From Eledone cirrhosa (Eukaryota), in assembly GCA_964016885.1 (NCBI GenBank), contig OZ024740.1, positions 358,050,001-358,114,000 on the forward strand: 64,000 bases of DNA. The letters run 5' to 3'. This document shows positions 38,159-50,556 of this stretch, in pieces. The stretch's first letter is position 1, and every line of letters begins with the position of its first letter. The translations under genes were made by a program, and so were the position numbers. The notes under the pieces are model-generated. The model was not told the DNA's origin and searched no databases. It worked only from the letters and a program-made list of their open reading frames with translations.

Positions 38159-38433
38159 CGTCAAAACTAACACGTCTTTATATTTTATGAATACACACAG
38201 AAAGAACATTTCAAAAATTAGCAGTTAACATAGAATTTAAAAACAATTTCATTTTCTGACATTTCAGGTTATAAACAGAACATTAAGGTAAACTATATTT
38301 AAAATAAATTTATATTTATGTCAAGCAAAGCAAATGCCGTTTAAATAACTCTTGATGAAACAGTTTTATAAGCCGGTTTCGATTTCCCATTGGAGATAAA
38401 TCCAACTATAAATTTTACTAAGTTTTGCTTTTT

Positions 38434-38483
38434 CAAACCTGTCAACTCTACCCATCTGACGGGGAGATCTCCCACCCACTTTA
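38434..38483 (+). mobile_element. MITE family A, left-end fragment
   Basis: CAAACCTGTCAACTCT..GGAGATCTCCCACCCACTTT. Confidence 0.65.
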
Positions 38484-39198
38484 CAGTTTCCGCCATAACG
38501 TTTATCATTGACTTAAGGACAACTATTATGGAGTCTGTCAAGGCAACTATAGACAAAAGTTGAAATTGATGTCTCTGAGGACCCTTCGGTCATTAAATTT
38601 GCCCCCCCTCCCCCACATACAAAAATCATTGTACGTTTGTGAAAGGAGCGTATAAGATAATTAAGGATTTAAAATGTTGAACCACAAGTAATCTTTTCTT
38701 ATTTCACCACGCTGTTGGAATCATGACTGACTAACGCTGGACATTTGTGATCACCGTGCTGGGGTGTGCTCCGTTTATGATGTGGTGGTTGCAGTAGTTG
38801 CAGTAGTTGAAGCCGGCTCAACCCATTCTTGGTGAACGCCGATACAATTTGAAGTAAGTAGTTAAGTATGTTATTCCTCACTTAACTTTTAGTTATTTAT
38901 GCAAAAAGGATCCCAGTTAAATTTTGATTTTCCTTTGAAAGAAGAAAGAAAACACTTCAAAATAGAATCATTTACACCAAAGGTTCTCAACGGGGGGCAT
39001 TAGCACCCCCCCCCCGGGGGGGGGGGGCGTTTGGGAGCAATGAAAAAAACCACAGTCATCTGGGTCAAGGACACTTTGAGCACAGCCAGTTAGACCGATA
39101 ACAATGTATTTATTGACTCAACCGTAACGAGTTAACACTACGTAGATCTATTTTATTCCCTATTGTATAAATAATATTACAAATAAAAAAAATAAAAA

Positions 39199-39803
39199 AA
39201 CACAGAAGCGGGTAGCACACACATCTAGGACAACATGCAACACATAAGCAGGTAATACACGCATCTAAGACCACATACAACACATAATCAGGTAATAAAC
39301 ACATCTAGGACCACATGCAACACATAAGGAGGTAGCACACACACATCTAGGACCACATAAAACACACAGGCTGGTAATACATACATCTAGGACCACATAC
39401 AACACATAAGCAGGTAATACAAACATCTAGGACCACATACAACACATAATCAGGTAATACAAACATCTAGGACCACATACAACACAATCAGGTAATACAT
39501 ACATCTAGGACCACATACAACACATAAGCAGGTAATACAAACATCTAGGACCACATACAACACATAATCAGGTAATACAAACATCTAGGACCACATACAA
39601 CACAATCAGGTAATACATACATCTAGGACCACATACAACACATAAGGAGGTAATACACACATATAGGACCACATTCAACACACAAGCAGGTAATACATAC
39701 AGCTGGGACCACATGCAATACATAAGCAGGTAATACATACATCTAGGACTACATACAACACACAGGCAGGTAATACATACATCTAGGACCACATACAACA
39801 CAC
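39199..39803. repeat. 40-bp minisatellite, 15 units
   Basis: Unit ATCTAGGACCACATACAACACATAAGCAGGTAATACA(A/T)AC. Confidence 0.95.
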
Positions 39804-39809
39804 ATTGCA

Positions 39810-40868
39810 TCATGTGCTACGGACGACGGAAGAGTAATGGTCGGCCAACATAAGAGCTTCGTCACTCTTCTGAAGAGAGAAAATCTATCTGTATTTGCTG
39901 TTCATTGTGTCATTCATCGACAACACTTGGCTGCGAAGAAATTCAGCAAGCCTCTGAGCAAGTTCTTGCAGGTGGCCATTGATGTCATCAATTTTATCAA
40001 ACGGCATTCAATCAATGAACGAATTTTCCAGAAACTGTGCCAAGATAATGACGAAGAATTCGTCAAGCTGCTCCTTCATACTGAAGTGAGGTGGCTTTCA
40101 AAGGGCAAGTGCTTTACTCACTTCTTTTAACTCTTCGACTCTATCATTGAGTTTCTGCGAGGACGCAACACAAAACTGTACAAGAAAACCCTCGATGTGA
40201 GGCAACACTGCGCCTACCTCACCAACATCTTCGACAAATGCAATAGCGTCATTTTGGCTTTGCAGGGGAAGAGCATCACCTTGCTTAAAGCAAGGAATAC
40301 TGTGAAAACATTCCTGGCCAAATTGAATGTCATCGAAAGAAATCTTTGTTGACGGGAATTTTATAATTTTCCTAGTGTCGCTAATGTTCAAAACATTGTA
40401 AGCGATGACCAACTCCAAATTTATACCACTCACCTCCGTGCGCTACAAGACAACATGAGAGAACGGTTTGTCGACCTTTTGTCGATGGACATCTCAATGC
40501 GGATAGCAGATGCTTTCATAGCTAACGTCGGCGGTTTGGACGTTAAATTTCAGGAAGAATTCATTGAACTTCAAGCAGATGACATGATCAAAATTAGATT
40601 TCCCAAAATAGGTGAACCCCTTTTGGGGATGCAAGAGGAAATTTAGCGTTGATTTCCACACCTACATGCAGAGGCTAAGAGATTTTCTCTGCCTTTTCTA
40701 AGCTCATACTTAGTCAAGAGGAGGTTTGGTGCTGTTTCCAGACTGCACAGTAAGGCTCGCAACCGCTACAATGTAATTACACGTGGAGATATCTGGCTAC
40801 ATCTTAGGAAAATTCAGCCTCACGTCAAAGAGTTAGCTAGACTGCATGAAGCTCAAGGGTCCCATTGA
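39810..40868 (+). pseudogene. Buster/Charlie (ZBED5/SCAND3-like) transposase 3' half
   Basis: CATDG, HCVIHRQHLA, LLLHTEVRWLSKG, LPFLSSYLV, AQGSH*; contains stops and frameshifts. Confidence 0.9.
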
Positions 40869-41611
40869 AATGAGCCAAAGTTAAAGTAAGTTGATTTATC
40901 CGAACACTTGGATATGCTATTGTTACAAAGCAAACTAACAATTTTTTTATTTGTAATTACAGTCTGACTGGACTGGAAACCATCTACTACAATTCAATTA
41001 CTCATTTGTTGTATATATTGTATATATGTCACCCCCCCCCCCCTCAATAATTATATGTTCCTCCCCAAACTACCAAAACATCTATCTGTATATGCGCTAC
41101 AATTTATGTACATGTTATGTAGAGATAGATATAGAGAGGGGGAGAATTTCGTGGTAATTGATATGGAGAGGAAGGTTGGGAGAGTATGTTGTATATAACA
41201 TATAGAGTTGGGGGTTGGAAAAGAGTTCTGTGAAGTAGATATAGAGAGGGGAAGAGTTTGGTAGTGATGGATAGAGTCAGGTGGATTGGAGAGAGTGTCG
41301 TGTAGTAGATATAAATAGAGAAGGGTAGATTTCAATGCTTGTGGGTATAATGAGGGAGTTGGGAGAGATAGATATTGTTAAATATATAGAGAGGGACTGG
41401 ATGAGACATTGGCGTACAAGATATAGAGGGGTAGGCTGTGATGGATAGAGAGAGAACGATTCTACATCTATTTGGATATGCGCTACAAGTTATGTACATG
41501 TTATGTTTATCGCATATCGAAGTTTTCTGGCCATTTTAGAGTACAAAGAGCTAAACTAATCACTACAACTAAATTGACCATATTTGCCCCCCTCCCTCCA
41601 CTTCAGAAATG

Positions 41612-41641
<30 letters not shown>

Positions 41642-41646
<5 letters not shown>

Positions 41647-43287
41647 ATTTGTCCTTAATTACAGACCCTGAGAGGGTATAATAATAATATCACATCGCCA
41701 TGCATAGTGATTTTAAATGTTATGGGTATAAATACGGTGAAAGGAGTATAATTTGCTAAGGGAGGTAATTACCGGTGCCCGTAGAAAGTTTACTGCATAA
41801 CTTATGACCAGTACCAGCTATGGAAAACATTTTTTTTATTTAAAAGGAATTAACATATGCGGGGTTGATCAACTCAGTATAAATGATGCCGTGTTTAGGT
41901 GTGAATATGATAGACTATTGGTAAAGTCGTTAAACACTGCACACAGGTATACCTAATACAAGGGGGCACGTTGGGCTGCGAATTTGAAGGCCTAGAAAAA
42001 TAATGTCAATTTGGATCGAAGTTGTATGTTCATATGATCAATTATCTAAGAAGTTACTCGGTTTCAGTCATTAAGTTCATAAGATTACTTAAACCTGGTC
42101 CGGCCAAGAGGAAGAATATAGTGGGGCGGGCCCGACTGAATATGTGCTGTGCAGCTTCCTGGTGGGAAAACAGTGGGTAGATGATGGTGTTATTCCACAT
42201 TGTATAATGGTAAACCTACCACCGGCAGGTCAGTCCAGGGTGCGGTGTTGAGAGCCTCAGGTATTATAGTGGTTATTCAGTTGCTGGGGTCCATCTGTAG
42301 AATGATTGTTGTAGTCGGTGGCCGCAGTTGATGACCGTTCCGGCCCGACTATTTATGAGTTCCTGGGGTGCTTGCACTATATAATACAGTTCCATTAGGC
42401 AGAGCTGGCAGCTTTTTTTTAAATTATAAGGTGTTGTTTGGTTCACAATTGCCCATTGTGTGGTGTAGCTAATGTTGGAGTCAGTTAATTGGGTAATATA
42501 ATTAGCGAGGGATGTAGAGTATCTAAGTTTCCTATTCCTAGAGTGGAGATGCGCTCGAAATCTAGTCTTGAACTACCCAGAAGTAGCTCCTATGTATGAC
42601 TTAACACTATTAAAACTTGTAACTGTGCATCTATAGATTACGCTTCTAGTCAAACAGTACCCTTGAAGTGGACAGTTGTTAGGGTTACGGCAATTGCAGT
42701 GTTTTCTGGTGTCACCTCTATGGTGGTGAGGGCTGGTGTTAATCCTATTACTATTATTATCACCATTACCATAGCTGTCATTATTGTGGTTGGCGCTATT
42801 ATAGTTATATTCATGCGATGTAGTGCTATTTCTATTTCTCGTGTTATAGCGTCTTCTACAGCCGTTGTTATATTTGATATGGTTTCTAACCTGGTCGTGG
42901 GTCACACTACTGGCGCTGCGATTAGTTTCTAAGGTGGTGCTATTGTGCATGCTACTGCTAATACTAAGATTCCTGTCCTGGTTACTATTATTGTTACCAT
43001 GCCGTGCGACCGAATTGTTGAGGTTGACAGAGTTATCATATTCCCTAATGTTCTAATTACAGGCATGTTGTATTCTAGTGCGCTTACTGTTGTTGCTTAT
43101 TGCTGTGAGGACGGCTAAATTAGGTGTAGTAGAATAAGATATCTTGACGTTATTCTTATTGAGGATTTTTCGGTATCTGCGGTTAGGTGAGAAGTTCCTC
43201 TCTAAAGCATCGAAGAAGATTCTGGGTAAATTGGAGGCCACACTATGGAACCATAAGACATTTACGTGTCGTTTACGTGTCGTTCCA
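41642..43287 (-). mobile_element. 5'-truncated Penelope-like element with GIY-YIG endonuclease, between (TA)n tracts
   Basis: RKRHVNVLWF..ILNKNNVKISYSTTPNL; CNCRNPNNCPLQGYCLTRSVIY..SYIGAT..FKTRF..H; CQLCL.E; coding remnant at about 42300-43287. Confidence 0.85.
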
Positions 43288-44165
43288 TATATATATATAT
43301 ATATGGAGACGGATAAGCCGCAAGACACGGCGTAATGCTAGATATACAAAAAGACAGGAGGGTTATAGTTTGAATGTCTTTGATCATAGATGTGCTCGAC
43401 AAAGGTGACTTGTGGCTAAGCAACAATAGCCACAGCACGGTAATTTTGATGAATGTTAGTTATATTAGCTTACAGATCAGGGTTCAAATCTTCTCGCTAA
43501 TATAGCTTAAAGATGGCTGAGCTCCGTTGGACTGACTTGCTCTAAATATACTCCATGTAGATATGGATCTTGTCACTACAACCACAAACCGGTTGTCCAT
43601 CTTAGTATTAACCAGTCAGTGCATGGTTTCAGTGACACAATAGTGACTGGTATTTCCAGCACTGACATACAGTACAGGTTTTATATTAATAAAATCTGAA
43701 ATCAACCTGCAAAATTAGAGTGTACAATGGTAAAATGACCTCAAACTAATCTTAGGTTGATTCATGTGACAGGAGTGGTTTTTTTTCTTTAAATTTCTTT
43801 AAGCTGAAAGAAAACTACAAATCTTAGACATTGCACATTTTAAACCTGTCGAAATACATTCTTCTTCAAGTCGGAACACAACCGATTTCTTCCAAAGAAA
43901 GAGTCGACTCCAGTATTGGATTGGTACTTTCTCTATCGACTTTGAAAGGATAAAAGTTGAAGTCGGTGGAATTTGAACTCTAAGCGTAATCAGCCGAAAT
44001 ACATACGAAGACATTTTTAACACAGACGATTCTGCGTTACCAGCGAGTCGATACTGGCAACGGGTTTCAATTCTCTTTTGCCGATTCCCTAAGCAGCTTG
44101 TGGTGTAAGTCACTAGCAACCCAGGTAAAAGTATGACTTGCTAATTCTTAAACCAAATATAATTA

Positions 44166-44557
44166 CAGACCTGTCAACTCTCCCAGTCCGACGGAGATAT
44201 CTCCCACTCATTTTGGGGTGGGTGAGAGATGTCTTCTCTTGTGAAAATCGGTATAGCTTTCATTATGTAAAATCTCCCTGGAAGGGCGGTGGATTGGCAG
44301 TATCGGTAGAGGGTCGGACGCCATGCTTTGCAGCATAGTTACGTCCCTTTACGATCTGAGTTCAAATCTCGCCGAGGTTGACTTTGCCTTTCATCCTTAT
44401 GGGGTCGATAAAATAAAGTACCAGTAATGCACTGGGTAATTGCTGGCCTTGTGCCTAAAGTAGAAACAATTATGTAAAATCTCCTCATTTCTCCTCGTTT
44501 TGGCGTACATTTTTTCATGGAACTCTCCGTTGGGACTTTTAGAGGCTGGCAGGTTTG
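44166..44557. mobile_element. MITE family A copy 2, interrupted by a SINE
   Basis: CAGACCTGTCAAC ... GCTGGCAGGTTTG; flanks TAATTA/TAATGA. Confidence 0.8.
44278..44470 (+). mobile_element. SINE family 1, short variant
   Basis: TSD TATGTAAAATCTCC at 44264-44277 and 44471-44484. Confidence 0.92.
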
Positions 44558-44779
44558 TAATGAATACTGATTTCTTTCAGTAACACAATGTCATAAACCT
44601 ATAGGGAGGAGTAGTTGATTGAATCGTCTTCTAGAAATACTTGTAATTTATTTTATCGACACCTTAGCGTGGCAAAGTTGACAACATGGGATTTAAAGTA
44701 GAAACGTTAATATATATACATTTAAACACCACATTACAATTTATATGATGCTCTTACGAGTCATTCGCCTACTAACTTC

Positions 44780-45003
44780 AATAATTGTTTCTACTTTTGC
44801 CAAAAGGCTAGCAATTTGAAGGGAAGGGGAAAAGTCGATTAAATCGACCCCAGTGTGTTACTGGTACTTTATTTTATCGACTCCGTAAGGAGGAAAGGCA
44901 AAGCTAACCTCGACAATATTTGAACTCTGGGCGTAAAGTGACGTAACTATATGCTGAAAAGTATGTTGTCCGACACACTACATATACTGCCATTCCACCA
45001 CCC
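44780..45003 (-). mobile_element. SINE family 1, long variant
   Basis: Family match; further decayed copies at about 43900-44050, 44600-44770, 45560-45700 and 59213-59340. Confidence 0.85.
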
Positions 45004-45982
45004 TTCGTGTTCTTCGTGGGTATATAAGGTACGTTAATCGTAGTAGGGGCGATATGTGTTTTTCTCTGTTACCTTGTGAGCTCAGGAACAAAAAATATCT
45101 TGAGAGAAAAACAAGTTGTGTCGGTCAGATTTAGGGCGATTCATGGTATACTGGATTTCCCGAAGATTCTTGCAGCTGGAAGATTACTAATCACCATCGC
45201 CTCAAGATTACTAATCACTTTCGCCTCAAAATCTCTTTCCTAGGCAGTTAGTGATGCTTGGAAATGCGTATCACCAACTGTTTCATAAAACTTCATTGCA
45301 CAGAAATCTTCTCATGCAATGTGGATCATAGATCTTCAATTTCAGGAGTAGTCGTTGTTGTTGCGACAGTTAAGGTATCACGTGCGTTTTGGTCCATGAA
45401 ATACCACCACTTCCGAAATTTCCTTGTTCTTTAAGAAGTACAGTTATCAATCCACAATTGAAGGAGATGGCCATTATCAAATTCGATGGACAATCATAAA
45501 TAAGTCTATATTCTTTAAGCAGAAGGCATTCCCGGTAAACTGTTTCATGGCGTTATAGATTTTTGATATTGGCGCAATGCTACAACTTTAGGGCGAGCGT
45601 ATAATCGATTATATCAACTTCGGTATATCAGTGGTACTTATTTTATCAACCCTATAAGGATGAAAGGCAAAATATACATTGGTGAGATTCTAATTCAACA
45701 TTTAAAAAGAAAATTATGATTGCTCAATGATAGCATATAAATTGCTCATATTTCTATCCTGGACTTTTTATGCAGTTGCTCGATTGGCTAGAGTGATTTA
45801 TCTCAAATATCACACTCTATCATCTTAAGTAAAAAAGGGGTGTATTAGACCAGTGTTTCGCAACCTTTTGGGCCCCATGCTTCACTTCGATACCCCATCT
45901 CCCGAAAAAAACGTGCGCTCCGCCATAATTGGACAAAGTGTACAGCATAGTTTGTAGCTTAGTATATAGTATAGTATATAGC

Positions 45983-46039
<57 letters not shown>

Positions 46040-46186
46040 TATTTTCCGTTGTGTTGTAATATAAATATTACACACAGTAGATTATCAGCTCACGTAGAGT
46101 TTGCTCGACGGTTCCAGTTGTAGTTCCAAAAGTAATCCGGAGAAAAATAGAAAGATTTGAATGGATACAGTTTAGTTGAAAGGAAT

Positions 46187-46306
46187 TTATTGACACGTGT
46201 TTCTATAACAGTTACATAACCTAAAACAGCTGCTATCTACAAACTTTTAGTTATGCAGACATTCAATATTTCAATGTTATTATTTACTGTCATTTCATCA
46301 GAATAA
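46187..46306 (-). ncRNA. type I hammerhead with extended stem II, intact core
   Basis: UUAUU-CUGAUGA-A-AUGACAGU...ACUGUUAU-A-GAA-ACACGUGU-C/AAUAA; stem I 5 bp, GUC triplet, palindromic stem III. Confidence 0.8.
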
Positions 46307-46763
46307 TATTACTGAGGACCTATTTAGTTTTTATAGAGAATATTAGGAGGGAGGGGTGAAGTTGTTAGAAGAATAGTTGAAGGAGTGGTTTTTCGATAGC
46401 AGTGAGAATTCTTGGTGGCAGTAAGTAATTAGATTCCCATCTGTTGTTTTGACATTTTTTATAGAATATATTATTGGTTATTTTTCTAAATCTATAGAAG
46501 GATTAGAGATAGTAAAGATATGCGTGGTTGGTTTTGTGTTTGCACTTAATTAACATTCAGACTTAAATTTTTCTTTCAAGTGTACGTATCCTTTCACCCA
46601 CGCATTCACACACAAATATATTTGCACACCTCTACAAAATACATATACTCACAATTCACATATTCATACTTACATATATATACATATGCATACACATATA
46701 TATACACACATGTATTCATGTACATACATACGCGCTCATTAATAATAATGTTCGATTCGTTTG

Positions 46764-46822
<59 letters not shown>

Positions 46823-47101
46823 GATAATAATAATAATAATAATAATAATGATTTCTTTATTAACCACAAGGGTTTACATAAAGTAGACATTAAGGACAGT
46901 GCAGGACAATACAGGACGGTACACATGGGCATTGCTGCGTGTAAAGAACAAAAACAGAGGATGTAACAAAAAAAATAACAATGAAAAATTCCCCAATAGG
47001 GGGGAGACTTCGGAGGGACATTTGTGGAGAAAGCCCAGTAAAAGGCCACAGTGACCCTGACCACCAAGGCAAGTGCCCTCTCCCAGTTTTCCACCTTTAA
47101 T

Positions 47102-50100
47102 TTACAGATACGTACTCAGAGTAGGCCCATTCACTCGGGCCATTCTTGCTTCTCTCACCCATCTTTCAACAAAATGCTGGGAAGAGAGCACTTCCCTCTC
47201 TACCCTGATTTTCCTTTTCAAATGAAATTTGAAAAAGTTAATCAGGGCATCACCGAAGAAGTAAGTGCTCGTCTTCAGCCCTTTCAAACGTGTCCACCAT
47301 ACTATCTCTTTCGCCATGGCCACCAGACAGATAAAAACTGCCTGCCCTTCCCGGCTAAATGAAGAGGGCGGGGCAATCCTCACGATGGACCCAGATGATA
47401 GCCGGATCGGTCCTACACGCGACAGCAGGTGTTCGACATAAACCCACAAGTCAGCAATTTTCGGACACTGGACGAGTGCGTGCAGGACGGTTTCGTCGCC
47501 CTGCGCGCATCTCGGACATGCCCGGCTGACGGCACCTCCATGCCTGTAGAGTTTATCCCGAACTGGCAAGGCTCCTCGGTAGCACTGCCAGGCCAGAGAT
47601 TTCTGGAAGTTGTCCATAGGTCCCGGCCCGAAAGTTCTTCCGAAGAGATTGGCTAGTTGATTTTCGTCGACGCCTAGAGTTTCCCCAAGTACGTCGTCGC
47701 TCTTCCCCTCCACTAATCCTCTATAGAACGCCGAGGTGGAGTTTCCACCGATCACATTGCTCGATTGGACGAGGGCTGTGAGCGCCTGAAGACATTCCAG
47801 TCTCCAGGCGCTCCCTCTCGGTCTTCGCTTGACCCAGGACTGCAGCTCCGTCAAGGAAACTAGCTGGGGAAATACGCGTCTAGCAAACGGCGACCACACC
47901 TGATCACCGTCGAGGAAGAGGTGGAGATATCGTAGCCTGAGCGCATGTCTGCGCATCATCAGCCACGGCATTCCCAGCCCTCCACGTAGCGGGTGTTGAC
48001 AGTAGATGGACCGCCTGACCATCGGAGCGCGTCCCTTCCACTAAAAGCGAAAGAGCAAACGCTCCAGCGCAGTCAGGCGGGGCTTAGGGGAAGGTACGAC
48101 GGTCAGGCGGTAGCAGATGACAGACGCGATGTACGCGTTAGCCACCTCCGCTCGACCTTTCAGGGATAGCTTCCTCTCCGCCCATTTCTGGGTGAGAGAA
48201 GCCACCCTGCTCGTCACCTCGTCCCAATTTTTGTCCGTCTGGAGGTCCGGACCGAACCAGACCCCTAGCAATTTAACCGGTCCGTCCGTCCAGCGTCCGA
48301 CGACGCTGTTGGACGGCATGGACCTGCCTCTCCAGGTGCCGAGCTGCAGGCCCACTGACTTTTCCTGGTTGATCATTGCTCCTGTCACCGCTTCGTATTC
48401 TCTTAGTGTAGTGCCGATTGCCTCGATGTGTTTGGCGTTCGACATCACTACGGTGACATCGTCCGCATATGCTGACACGGATCTTCCGCATCCTAGTTCG
48501 CGCGGGACGCCCCTCAACGTCTCCAGTTTGGCAGTAATGGCTCGAGAGTCAATACGTACAAGAGGGACGAGAGGCGACATCCTTGGCGGACCGAGCGCAT
48601 GATGTTGAACGGTTCCGAAAGGTGACCGTTCACTCTCACCACAGAGCAGATGTCGCTGTGCATGGCAGCGATCCAGCCTCTGAAGACGGGCCCAAAGCCA
48701 GCCGCCCTCAGGACTGCCGCTAGGTAACGATGGTCGACCCTATTAGAAAGCTTTCGACTGATCTAAATTGATCAAGGACCCACCCGTGCCAGGTTCCCTA
48801 GCTACCCTCTCTACGATGTATCGCATGAGGTGGAGGTTGTCGTGGATGGATCTGTCGGGAATGGCGCATGTCTGCGCTTCTCCCACCAGACCGCCAACGA
48901 CAAGCGCCAACCTCTTTGCTAGCACTTTGGCCAAAATCTTGAACTCTGTGTTTAGCAGAGTTATGGGCCGGAAATTATCTATGTTATCCCCCTTGTTCGG
49001 ATCCTTTCTCAGCAGTGCCACCGCTCCTCGGCTCACAGAACTGGGAATTCTCCCGTTCTGTTGCCAGTTGCAGTAGACGTCCGCCAAGAGGCCTCCGAAC
49101 AAGTCTGGCATCTGTACGTAAAGTTCATAGGGCAGACCATCCAAACCTGGCGATTTACCCCTTGTGCAGCCAGTCATTGCCTCCCTTACTTCAGCGGCTG
49201 TTATCGGCTTTTCGCAACACTCCACCTCAGTGGCCGAGAGCCGCGGCAGTCCGTCGAGGTAGACACTAAAGTCCATCCCTCGACCCGGCCCACCGCTGCC
49301 CCCGAATAGCTGAGCGAAGTGTTGCTGAAAAGCTTCACACATTTTCCCGGGATCGAGTAGCATGCGCCCGTCGTGGTCCACCAAATACCGGATCGTGGCT
49401 TTGTTGCCACGACGCGCCTCCGCCACTCGGGCCCATTGAACGGCTTTCGTCCCCTCGTGTCTGAGAGCACGCACCCTAGCTCTGACAACGCAGCCTTCGT
49501 GCTTTGCATTGAAGAATTGGTCAAGGGCCAATTTCGCTGCAAGCACGTCAGTCGTAATGCCTTTGCTAAGCGCCTCGACTAATTTTCTAACTAGTTCGCC
49601 CTCTGCTCTATTTTTCTCTATTGCTAAAGCCTTACTAAACCTAATCGATTCAATTCTAATCGCTCTTTTCAGAGCAAACCACCACTTTTTGGTGACGATG
49701 GCCCCCGTCAACGCCCGCTTAACTAGTTTTCTAATCCGGTCTCTGTAGGCCTTGCGCGCTGGTAAGGACGCGTTTAGCTTCCAGTAGCCGGGTCCTCGTC
49801 TATGAAGCCTATCTAAGTCAAGCACACAGATCACGAATTTGTGGTCCGTGTAGCTGACTATCTTGAATTGTGGACAGCCTATGCTAGACCTATTTATTTC
49901 CCTACAAAATACTCTATCTAGATATGATCTGGATGACGCTATACGATTTGTCCAAGTCCACATTGGCACATTCGGGAAATCCAATCGGTACCTGTTAGAC
50001 AGTTCAAAACGCCTGAGCAGGTTGGTGAGGCTCTTGCACCCTCCACCCCTATCCGCTAATCCCACACAGTCCCAGCGTGCATCTAAGATCCCGTTCCAGT

Positions 50101-50521
50101 CGCCCACTAACACTAAAGAGCGGGACGTTTCAAGAAAGGTCTCCAGACGCCGGAAGAAATCAGGCCGCCCTGATCCTGTCGGGGCATAGACAGCCACTAG
50201 CCTGAAAGCTTGCCCGTCTCTGCTGGTCACGTCCAGCACCACCAACTTACCCTCTGGGTCCAGGAAGATGGCCTGTATGGCGAGATCCAAACCTCTCCGA
50301 AAAAGCACAGCAACTCCTCCCCCCGATCCAGGACGGCTGGGAGATGCGTATACATTGTAGCCGCCGAAGATCGGTGCGAAGGCCCGTGCTTCGGAGATTC
50401 TGATCTCGCTGATGGCCACTACATCTAAGTTTAGTGACCTGAGGTCGTTGAGCAGGTGACCCTGCTTCCATGACGACCCCAAGCCACGCGCATTTATGCT
50501 GCCTATTCTGAGTGAGGTCAT
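47102..50521 (-). pseudogene. LINE ORF2: APE endonuclease, reverse transcriptase, CCHC knuckle (disrupted)
   Basis: SINARGL, VYAP, GDWN, SYLDR, YTDH; KSPGLDG, FRPITLLN, DQSKAF, YADD; CPRC..HALVQC. Frameshifts near 48745 and 48580, in-frame TAG at 48041. Confidence 0.95.
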
Positions 50522-50556
50522 GTTTAAAATAGAGTGGAAAAGATGGGAAAGACCAC

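Larger units (their letters stand above)
38978..40868 (+). mobile_element. hAT Charlie/Buster element relic
   Basis: Left TIR CAAAGGTTCTCAAC after ATTTACAC (nnnTAnnn), followed by a minisatellite and the transposase 3' half; right TIR not found. Confidence 0.75.

Noticed and set aside
39199-39803. Regularly spaced repeats as a CRISPR array
   Set aside because: Contiguous tandem units with no unique spacers.
45040-45450. Possible mariner transposase relic
   Set aside because: Too decayed; no convincing motif or TIR.
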